A DNA stretch of 64,000 nucleotides, from the NCBI GenBank assembly GCA_050084985.1, contig JBITNC010000001.1, positions 160,332,001 through 160,396,000 of the forward strand. Reading direction: 5' to 3'. Below, in pieces: positions 1-11,145 of this stretch. Origin of the DNA: Nageia nagi (lineage: Eukaryota > Plantae > Pinophyta). The notes beneath the pieces are model-generated. The model saw nothing but the letters and a program-made list of their open reading frames with translations, searched no databases and was not told the DNA's origin. Each line of letters opens with the position of its first letter. Positions within the stretch are counted from its first letter, which is position 1. A program made the translations under genes and the position numbers.

Positions 1-369
1 GTTTGACTATTTGCATTTCTTACTTTTTTGGTCACCCTTCTTATTATTTCTCCATATTTCCTTCTATAAATTCCATATTTGTTATCTCATCTTTTGAAAA
101 ATATGTATTATAATTTGTTTCTTCTTTGTTTATTCCTTTTATAATTGATAGCATTGCATAGGGGTTTGTTTTGGTTGATTTCTTCCATTGGACTTCTTTT
201 GAAGTTGACTATGTTTTTGATGTGATTCATTTTATTTGTATTTTAGCTGTATTATTATGATTTTTTCTTATTTTTTATTTTAAAATGATTTTGACCCATG
301 TTCTTTCTATTTATCTTGAGACTCTTTTTCATTTTTTTCTCTTTCTCTCCTTTCTTCATCCCTCTTCTT

Positions 370-1060
370 TTTTAGGTAATTCTTTGCATAGTGCTCATAA
401 CTCTTATAAATTTTGCATTGTATTGGCAAATTTTCATATACAATTGATTGTATCCATTCTATTCCATACTACATTTTTAATTTTATCTCATTTATCATAG
501 GTTTGAAAATATCTAAATTAACCATAAATCTTGCATCTATAAACTTAAATTTTAATCTTGTTGATCACTTAATTATGACAAGGGATCTAATTGCTTTTGC
601 AATTTTAGCTAGAACACATGGGTGCCAACAAGATGGATGAAGTTTGGGTAGTGAGATACATGTTGGAATAAGGTTAAAATTCTCACTTTCAAGGGATAAA
701 GTTTTCTTCCATTGCTTAATGACTAATCCTTTCTTCCCAAGAAACCATGGACCCATCTCTATCACTTTTTGCAAGTCTTCATATAGAAATTTAAATAATA
801 GAAATTCTCTTGAGAGAGAAACTAGGGATACCTATCCTTTTGTACTTCATATTTATTTCACCCGACTTCAAATCATATCTAGAGTGGATTGTACCCCCAT
901 AAAGTGACCAACAAGGGCTAATTTTAGCCCCTCCTCTTCCTTCTCTATTATACTTTTTGAAATCAAAATACTAACCTCATCATTAGAGAATTCAAGCTCT
1001 ATTACCATCTCATTACCTCCTTTTTGAATAGTTTTTCTTGCATTAAAACACTTTTCCATT
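370..1060 (-). mobile_element. LINE L1 ORF1 relic (DUF4283 + decayed zinc knuckle)
   Basis: Minus-strand pieces LALVGHFMG...FLLFKF..DLQKVIEMGPWFLGKKGLVIKQW...TCISLPKLHPSCWHPCVLAKIAKAIR (ORFs 868-1059, 565-774) match the plant L1 ORF1 pattern GPWxxxxxxLxLxxW / WIxLPxLPxxxW. A degenerate CxxCxxxxH follows near 380-420. In-frame stops are present. Confidence 0.8.
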
Positions 1061-1699
1061 CATTGGGGGGCTTTAGATCAAGTTGCAATCTTGATTTGTT
1101 CATCACATTTTGAATATCATTCAATTGCATTTTGACCAGATAACAACTTTGCTAAGCTGTAATTTGCTTAATAATAGCCTATCACACTTCTAAAATAATT
1201 CACATGCACTTATAATACTCCACACTTTCACTTATGTTCTATTGTGCTTGCACTTCTTACATTATTTTATAATTTATATTTTTGTTATTACATATTTTGT
1301 ATCAAAAATTTTATATTATTTTCAAAAATTCATAGAATATTTTATAAGTCTAATTTTCTTATCATTATTTATGATTAGAATATTTATTTTTAATTTATGT
1401 CTCTTAAAATTAGCATTTATAAAACTATTATTTATGTTTGAATACTCAAGAAAATAAAAGATTAATTTTATTTTTCATAATTCATTATTTATCAAATAAA
1501 AACTAGTACAAAGGAGTTTATAATTAACTAAATAAAAAAGGTTATTAAGCTAATTGAAGGATTTTGAGAAATTAAAGTTATATACAAAATCAAATATAAC
1601 ACCCATGCCTCCCACCCCCTCCCCCACCATCCCTGCTACCCCTTTTTTTAATACTAGTATAATTATTTGCATAAATTTTAAATACCCCTCCCCCCTATA

Positions 1700-3125
1700 A
1701 AATACTTAGTGATATATCAATAGTTCAACTTGATATTTAAAATACAACCTGGTAGAACTCATGTTGTATTTACCATTTCCTAATGGTGAACCCTTCATGT
1801 TATAATTAGTCATTTAAAAATAGTTGGAAATAATATGGTAGTGGTTGGAATTCCTACAACTCTTTTGTAGGGTTCAAGTTTTGTAGCATCAACCAGCTCC
1901 CAAACTACTTCCAAACAATAACATAATATAACACATTTTGAATGAATTTTCATTAAATTGTTAAATCCATCCCTTAAAAATTGGATTGTCAAGAGAAGAG
2001 TGTTAGAAAACCTCTTGTTCATCATTTTCATAATGTCAATGGTGATAGAAATATATTTGGATTTGATGTAGTTAACAAAGAGAGTTTTGAAATACATGTC
2101 ATATGTTTCAATGAACTTGTTGATGAATATGTCAATAGTATATATTATAACAATGTTTATATTATTTCCAATAATACCAATCCACATGTTTCATTTCAAT
2201 AAGATTGATTTTTTGGCTTCATGGCTAGTTACTTCCTTTATGGATGTTATAAGGATACTTATATATATCTCTAATACATCAATGATCCATAAAAAATATG
2301 GTAAAGAGGTGAATAAATGCAATATTATGATTATGGACATATCAAGTTTAACAAATTTTGATGTCACCCTTTGGGGTAGTCATTGTGATAATTAAGGTAG
2401 ACTACTCTTTGAAATACCTCAAGAACCAATCCCTCTAATTATTTTATCCAAATCTACCCATATCTCATCTTGGTATAGAAAATATTTAGATACCATTTTC
2501 TCAACTACCATTCTCATAAATCCAAATATAACAAAAACCTCTTAATTGCATACATGGTATATTATTGTGGGATTTGAAGAGCCTAGTATTCCCTTATCAT
2601 CAAATTAATTTCTTACATTTGAGTTCAACACTCTAGTGAGCATTGCTTTTGTTATCAATAACGATTTTGGTGACACAACAAATATTTGTGTAAAAGCTAC
2701 AATTTCAAATTAAATATTTATGATGAATTTTATTACCTTTATTGTCCTTTGTTAGTTAACAAAAGAAAATGTAAGAAACAAGTTTTTAAAAAAGGACAAA
2801 AAACTTTTCACTATTTAAACTATGTTACTATTTCATATGAATGTGATTTTATGTACATGCTAAAAATGAATTGGAAAGATGAAACAATTGAGATTGAAAA
2901 AATTACAACATTTGCTGATCCAACAATTGCAAATTTGTTGCGTGTTGCTTTGAAGGATTTCCAACTTGTATTAGCATAACTAGATGCTGGTGAATACATT
3001 TTATAGAATGTTACTAATTGTGAATTTTTGTTTTATCTCTTAGTCAAAGTTAATGAATTCTTTGGAAAATATATATAAATAATTATCATTAAAGGTGCAA
3101 ATACTATATAATATCAAATTTGAAA
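1700..3125 (+). pseudogene. RPA70/RPA1-like ssDNA-binding protein pseudogene, probably Helitron-borne
   Basis: OB-A: LNPSLKNWIVK..NVNGDRNIFGFDVVNKESFEIHVICFN..VYIISN (~1960-2175). OB-B: IPIHMFHFNKI..MDVIRILIYIS..MDISSLTNFDVTLWG (to ~2378). OB-C zinc ribbon: VKATIS..FYYLYCPLLVNKRKCKKQV..ECDFMYMLKMNWKDET (2686-2979). All three are colinear with plant RPA1, with frameshifts, stops and an internal deletion. Confidence 0.8.
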
Positions 3126-3399
3126 ATGGTATTATAACAACTTTTGTATAATAATTATGCATATTTATGAATATATGCAAGATCAAAGATAAATATATAA
3201 TAAATAAAGTATATATTTTTATGAAATTTTTCACATTAATATAGGAAATGAAGAAAAGGATTCCATTTATGATAATATAGCTTCTACATATATTATTTTC
3301 ATATTGTGCATTCTTTTCATTAACCATTTATTGAACGTATCAATATTTCATAATGAATAGTTCATTTTTCATACAATATGATATATTAAATTATTAGTA

Positions 3400-4280
3400 T
3401 GAAAAGTTTCATATCATATGATGCATAGTACTATTTTATTTGAGATGCCACTACATTTTATTTCGTATATGTCACAATAATTAGAAACTATACTAAAATT
3501 CTTAAAACCTATTCAAAATTTATGAAAACTAGTGTTAATGTTTATTTTAGATTTAATATACTACATGACATACATTTACAATATTTCATCAAAACTTGAT
3601 TTATGTCATATGATATGGTGCATTAAAATCATTTCAATCTAGAAAATACAAATGAATACAATATTAATTCAATAAGAGAAGATTAGCATCGTATGCATGA
3701 AGATGTAACATGTGCACATGTTATGCTCCATGGTGCATTTTATTTGAGTACCATTTGTCCAACGTGATAGAAAATTCATACTTAATTTAGTTCATATCAT
3801 ATGTTGCATTAAAATCATGTCAGTGTAAAATATTTCATATCATATGATATTTATGTTTCAATTATCACTTCAAATCATTTTGTTCATATGATACATCAAC
3901 AATATTTCACTCAATCCATGATTTACATCATAACATATATTCCATTAAAATTATGTCAATGTAGAAAATGAAAACAAATACAATATTAAAGCAAGAAATC
4001 AAAATAATCTTCATATTCATGATGATGTAACTTATGTGTATGCTATGTTCCATAGTACACTTTTTTTAATTATCATTTTTTCAACATGGTAGAAAATTCA
4101 TACCAAATACTTAATTTAGTTTACATCACATGCAACATTAAAATCATGTCAACTTGGAATATTTTATTTCATATGATACATAATACTATTGTGTTTCAAA
4201 TATCATTTCATATAATTCTGTTCATAAACCAATATAAAAACTAGGGTTAATGTTTGTTTCAAATTTCAAAGATAGCATGA
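3400..4280. repeat. Imperfect tandem repeat, ~320-bp period
   Basis: Block cattaaaatcatttcaatctagaaaat...agaaaattcatac.taatttagtt occurs at ~3621-3850 and again at ~3943-4180. ATATCATATGA-type submotifs recur throughout. Confidence 0.7.
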
Positions 4281-4639
4281 TGCATTTACAACATTTCATA
4301 AATTAAAATGAAAATTATATGTTAATATAAAATTAATACATTTACTATGTTATTGTTGATAAAGTTATTGTAAACTATATTCTATGTCTTTGGTATTTTG
4401 AATTTTAGTATCTTACATGATGGAAATTCAAAATGAAAAATTGCAAGATGTAAGAATTCATTAGAATAAAATGCAGTGTAAACATTATCATGCAAACACA
4501 AATAAAATTAATGTAAGAAAAAGAGAGCACCATAATAATCAAGCTAATGTTCCATGTCCAAATACCATCCAACCTCCACCTATGCTTCAAGCTTCAACAA
4601 TAAATGCACTTGGAACATATTTTCAAAATAAATACATTT

Positions 4640-5200
4640 GATTATTTCTTATATATTTCATCAATGCTAAGAAAGTTTTTTGAACTAAAATTGATAACCT
4701 AACATACATGTTGACCTATATTATTTATTTGGAATGATATACAAGAATTAGGATAAAGGTTTTTTGTGAACAACTAACTTGTTACAAATGGATAAGATAA
4801 AAAAGGACATTATTTTTCAAAAGAGAATAACAAGGATCATGGTGAACAACCTCCATTTTTACTAAAGGTAACCCAAATTGAATAAGTATTGATAGCAAGG
4901 GTAATCCCTATCAATTGTTTAGGTTGATAGAGGATCTCATTTAAAATATATTGGACGTATTATTTATTTTCCTCAAGATATTTCTACATTTGCTACTCAT
5001 TTACCAATACATATAGATGAGTTAAATATTTTGATATTTAACAACAAAAATATTAATAATGGATAATAGAATTTTTATGTTAGCAAAATTCATGATCAAG
5101 ATGTACTATTATTCAAGATTAAGAATGATCTAAATTACAAAGATACAAAAATTTATGATAATGTACTTTAACATCTGCAAGATACCTTTACAAAAATCTT
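4640..5200 (+). mobile_element. Helitron-like Rep/Helicase N-terminal fragment (DUF6570-type)
   Basis: 4802-4912 reads KGHYFSKENNKDHGEQPPFLLKVTQIE*VLIARVIPI (cf. FSxxNNMDPGxxPxxLxxLTxxEEMLIAR). From 4929 it reads RGSHLKYIGRIIYFPQDISTFATHLPIHIDELNILI (cf. GGQYxYxGHxIxFPQD..LP), then LLFKIKNDLNYKD. It is truncated before the HUH and helicase motifs. Confidence 0.75.
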
Positions 5201-5519
5201 GAACTTGCTCTATAATGCAAGTGTCAATCTTGATGTTGCACACCTAATGTTCATGGAACATGTTTAAAATGATAAGTTATAATAATAGGGTATCAATGTG
5301 ACCACTTATTTTAGTTGCAATCTTCCCATTCCTATCGAGAAGTCAAATAATTGCGATCTTTACTCCAATTGGAAACTCGACATCCAATTCCTATTACCGA
5401 ATGGCCATCCATTTCTTTGATAGAAATGAATGAGTATGATCAATTATTGATAATGAATTAATAAATTATGGTCAAGAAATAATGATCAATACATATAAGA
5501 AAACCAAGGGGTTTAAAAA

Positions 5520-7900
5520 AGTATGGTTTGTAGACATAATGCTCATCTCGAAGGATGCTACAAAAGGTTGAAAGAAGTCATGAGAAATCCTTGAGAATGG
5601 ATTACTGAGTGGAAAACACCTAAGGAGTGTTACCAATTAGATTATTTAGGATAAATATAATAAGTAAATCACTATGTAAGTTAAAACTATTTGAGACATG
5701 ATTTTAGGACCATTTGGTAATAAAGTAAAACTTATTTGAACGTTGGTAATCATATGCAAGGGTATCTTTAAGAGGGAAAATTTATCATTAAAGTACGTAG
5801 AATTATTATGAAATAAGTAATTATTAAAGAGTAGGAGTATTTTACTAGACATAACATGGGTTGAATGTGATATGGGATAAGTACAATTAACACATAAATC
5901 AAACATGGAAATACATTAATAAAGCATGGATAAGGAAGATTGATTAGTGTGTGTCACAAAGATAAGTAGGATTTAAAACAAAAAGGCCTATATATATAAT
6001 AATAACCTTAGAGGATTCCATATAAGGTCAAAACAAGTCACAAGGGGGTCCTACGAGTGGACTATTGAGTGAAGAACAACTAAGATTTATTATCTCAAGA
6101 TGATTAATAAATATACATACTAAGTAAATATCCTCAACTTATAAATGGCTTAGAAAAGGACTCAATAAAAAATGATTGAAGATTATATGGGTGGTTCCAA
6201 AGATATTATTCAAGAACACATATGTTGTAAATGATATGTTCATGGATGTTTTGATCACTTTATTCAATATTCTATATAGGTTAATTTCAAGTTAGGATTA
6301 TAAATATTTAAATCATTCCATTATCCCCATATTCAAATCATCTTAGTGTCATTCCATTTTCTTTTTAATATATGAGATCTAGTTGAACTTTATATCTTGC
6401 ATGTCCATGTTTAAAAATTTAACCTTTATTTTGATGAAGACTTGTTAGTGTACAATTTTATTATATTTTATTAACTAAGAAGAATAATAATCAAGATATA
6501 CTAATTTATCCCTACACTATTTAAATTTATATATAGAGGAGAAAAAAGGATGTACTATGATTCAAATCTATATTTGAAGGAGAAAAAGGATGTACTAAGT
6601 ACAAATTCAAATATCTAATAAAATTCTAGATATCAAACATATGTTAATCGAAATTAAATAAAAAAAGATGCATTCTAGATAATGATTCAATACATAATTT
6701 AATAGATAATATAAGTGAATTAAAGGCTAATAAAAAAGAGATCCAAAACTCATACCAATATAAAAAATATCCTCATACTGATCATCTTTTTAAATAACCC
6801 TACCACATAGCGAAAGATTTAATATATAAATAAAAGAGGGAAAAATATTTATGTATTGATTAACTTTTGATTAAAAAATATTAATATTATTTCTTCAAAA
6901 GAAATATAATTATGTCATGAGCCCATTTTGATGCATGAAAATCTTTGATGAGGAGAAGCTATCAATAGAACATGTAGACTTACAGTGAAATAGGTAATCA
7001 TTAAAGAGTGAAAGGAGTTATTTTACTAGATACAATGTGGGAAGAATGCAACATGAATAACTATAGTGAATATATTAACAAAGCATGGTAATGTATTAAT
7101 GAGGTATGATAAAAAACATTGATCAATACATGTCATAGATACAAAGTGGATTAGAATAGTATGGTCTATGGAGATAATGCTCACCTCAAACAAGGCCAAA
7201 TAATATTGAAAAAGGCTAACATACAGCTATAAGAGTGGATTACTAATATGAGAAAGCACAAGGAGTGTTATCAATTAGATTTTTTATAAATAAGAATATA
7301 TAAAATATAATAATATAATCAAGTTGAAATCATTTGAGATATGATTATTAAAACCATTTGATATAGAGTTTTAACTTCTTTCAATATTTGTAACCTAATG
7401 CAAGGATATCTTCAAGGAAAAGAAGTCATCGATAAAATATAGAAATTTAATTTTAAATTGGTAATTATGGAAGAGTAGAATTTTTTTTTTAGACATGATA
7501 TGGTTTGAATGTGACATGGGATAAATGCAATCAATACATTAACCAAGTATAATAATGAATTAATAAAGCATATTTTGGGAAATTGGTTAGTGTATATCAT
7601 AAAAATAAGATTAGAAATGAAGGGTCTATGAAGTTAATGCCCATCCTAGAGGATGTTAGATAAGGTCAAATGAGACCAATAGGAGGTCTTGGAAAAGACT
7701 ATTGAGTAGAGAACACTTAAGAAGCATTTCTTTATGATTAGTAGTTAGATTAAATCCCAAGTAAAAATACTCATCCTTGGAATGGCTTTGGAGGAATCCT
7801 AAAATCAAGTAGCCCTACAGGAGCTTAGGAATGTATTTTGGGAGATTAAAGAGATTTAAGGAGAAGACTCAATAAAACATAATTGGAGATGAGATGGATA
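5520..7900. repeat. Degenerate direct repeats with ~470-bp subunits (5520-6200 similar to 7165-7900), probably LTR/UTR-derived
   Basis: Shared blocks: ataatgctca..ggattact..aaggagtgttaccaattagatt (5536/7174); gtaattattaaagagt..ttactaga..atgtgatatgggataa (5817/6994/7461). Confidence 0.55.
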
Positions 7901-9320
7901 GTTAGTTCTATAGAATATATAAGAGGATTTATTTGTTATGTGGATACCATAGAAGGTTTGTGTATCAAACCATGTAGGGCAAGAGGAATTTTCAAGAGAA
8001 ATAATGCTTTATGATAGAAAGCTTATAGTGAAGAGAACTATTGTAGAGAACAAAAACTAGTTGTATGGGTGATTTGAGTCTAGGAGCTTTAAGTTTCACA
8101 TTCTAGGTTAATTCCATGTGAGTAAATTTAGTATCTATATAGTACCTATGCAAATTACTTTTTGGAGTATGGTTGTGTGAATTCACACTTTGATCATGAG
8201 AATTATAATCATTTTTATGACTATGAATGAAAAAATATATTTTCTATATTTAGTATGTAGAAGATTTTAGTGTGATATTTTTCATTGAGTTATTTTAATG
8301 TGGTTGGAATACTTACCAAGGACTCCTCAATATTGAATTGTATCACATTTCTAGTCTAAGTCCAGTTTCTAAAAGGATTTATTGTTTAATAACTTCCCTA
8401 ATAATTATAATGACTCGTTCTTTGAAGTTAAATTAAAATTTTTATTGATAGCTTCCCTTTTCATTCATTATCTTATTTTATCATACCTCATTGGTGAATA
8501 GTTTGAGTACATATCCTTCTTAATTGAATTGTTATCATCACTAATAAATGATATTGTCTACCATATATTTAGAAAATAAAATACCCAAACATTCATAAAT
8601 TCAAGCTCTTTATTGTGATAATATTTTATCTTTAATTCTTCTTCTCTTTTTTCTCTTCCACTTCATTCTTATTTGTTCATCCATCTATCTTCTCAGATGA
8701 TTAATTATCATTTTCATTCTTTCCCGCCATAACTCATTCAATTAGGGAAAAAATCCATACTCAATTTATTGTACAAAGAATAGTTTTTATGAACTCATTT
8801 TGGGGAAAATAATTTCATCCAAGTCTTGTCTTGATAATCGTTAACTCTCCCTTATTGGGAAAAAAGTAGAATAATGGTCATTGATCAATCTACTTTGAAA
8901 ATGATAGCTTTATCTTACTAATTTTAATTTTTCTAAGTGAACAAAAACTATTTATCATACTTGGTAGCAAATATTAATGAAATTCTTTGGTCCTTAGTTG
9001 GTTCATCCAACATATTCCTTAATTTAGAATAATATTCATCATCTAATCATCAATTTTATTGAGTATTTGTAGTAGGTTTTTGAATCATATTTTATTCCTT
9101 GAATAGATAAATTTAAAAAAGAGGATAAAAGTAGATATTTAGTATCTATTATCTTTTTAATCATTTTGGTGAAGTTATAGTTCATTTATAGTTATTATGA
9201 TCATTCATCACCTGATTTATCCAAACCACATCTTTTAGTCCTTAATTTGTAAAGGGATCAAAATTGCATATGTGTGACTTTGAATCTCATGTGTGACTTC
9301 ATATCATATTTATAATTTTT

Positions 9321-9565
9321 GATGGCAAGCACTTTCTCCACTACTTGACGAGACCGAAAGTCAGATTTTACATCAGGTTCCATTTTAGATGCGTCCTCTA
9401 TTGAGAACAGGCTTACTATGGCTAGATCTAACAATATGAAACTTGTCTTCTTCTCGAGAGAAGAGAGGACAGGACTGAACTAGAGGCTCATAATTCAGCT
9501 GCAATAGCTTGTAGGGTATTTATAACTATAGTTGAGAGATGATGTAAAGTAGATGATGTGATAAA
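9321..9565 (-). pseudogene. Truncated SABATH methyltransferase paralog (core promoter, 5'UTR and first 20-21 codons)
   Basis: The reverse complement aligns to 25385-25636. TATAAATA at 9524-9517; 5'UTR ...ttcagtcctgtcct...agtttcatatt...tagccatagtaagcctgtt; ATG at 9383 giving MEPDVKSDFRSRQVVEKVLA versus MEPDVKSEFQFRSQSLAVEKALA. Homology stops inside the next ATG codon. Confidence 0.9.
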
Positions 9566-11145
9566 TAATCAAATATACTAATTTAATAAATAATCAAATA
9601 TAAGCATACAATATAACATAGTGTGTATATATATATTACACATAATTTTATATACACACATAATATATCAATATAATAAATAATTGAAATTGATAAATCT
9701 TGATTTTTTTTTCGATTAATTATTTTAATATAGGTATATAATAATTTAAATCGATAAAATCTTGAATTCTTTCTAGATGCATTTATTACGATATATGTAC
9801 ATGGTTTATTTATGTGGATGGATTATTTATATATGCAAGAACTTTATTTATATATGCATAGGAATTATTTTTATATGTATAAACTTTATTTATATACAAA
9901 CATGCTTTATTTATATACGCACAAGGTTTCTTGTGAAGTAACAAATAAAAAAGATGAGAACCCTAAAATTAAAACATAATTGTTACACTAAAACTTCATC
10001 CATTGTTGCAGAAGAACATTAATATTTACACCAACCTTCGACCATTAATGTAAGTTGTTGAAGACCTTACTACCTTGTGTATTCTTTGACATTTTGCATA
10101 CCCACAATTATTTTGTGTATTCTTCCACATTGAATGCTTGGGCCTTTTCAGAAAACTCATTTTGTAACAGTTATCAATAGAGGACAATTAAGAGTTCTCT
10201 ACTTTGTTCTTTTGAAAGTACTAGTTTTCTTAGCTTAATGTCATCCTTCTTATTGTAGCATTTAAACACATTTTCAATCTAAAATTGAAGATTTGTAGAA
10301 TACTACAAGAAGATGGATGATGATCTCAATAACATAGAAGTGAACATGCAAGAGATGAAAATGAATAAAATAAAGAAGAATACAAAAAAAGTGATCATCT
10401 CAATATTTTGTTCTTAGAGTTTATGATATTTAATTTATTTGAGATTGAAAATAATACCATATTACTCTTTTGGATTTTCAATACTCCTCATGGTCAAGTG
10501 CAATATCCATACTACTCTTAGAGTTTCTGGGTCTAAGATTGGAAATAATACCTTCTAATAAAGTTGTTATAATGCATTACTCTTTTGTTAATTTTACAAC
10601 TAGAATTCAATGGTTGTTTACTTATTTTAAAAAATATTGTTAAATTTAGTTTTCATCTCAAAGTATAAGGGTTTTGCATGTCCAATTGTTAGAATTTTAA
10701 TATATTTATATATTTTTGTTCTTGACACAAAAAGTTAATTTTGCTAACTTAGATTGAAGTTATTCATTTTGTAAATCATTTTCTAACAAGAATCATAAAC
10801 CCAACAAAAATGAAAATAATCTAGCAAAACCAAATGAATCTCTCTCACAGATATTAACACAATGGAGTATGAAAAAAACCTCAATTTTAGCACTTTAATG
10901 GAGTGTTTTTTTTCTCTAAAATAAGTATATATATTTTTCAAATATTCCTTTTTCTATAAACCCAATTTTCCCTTTCACAAAATTCCTCCACTTCTTTTGT
11001 TTATTTAAATTTTCAAATGAAGAAGGTTCCTCAACCATCAATGGAATGTGGGAAAAATCACTTTATGTCATCTCAACTTCATTATCTCCATTAATATTCA
11101 ACTAGCCTCTTACTATAATTTGAATCAAGAATTTGAGAATTTGGA

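Noticed and set aside
10301-10311. TACTACAAGAA (and CACTACAATAA at 24761) as CACTA termini
   Set aside because: No matching inverted partner, subterminal repeats or 3-bp TSD found.
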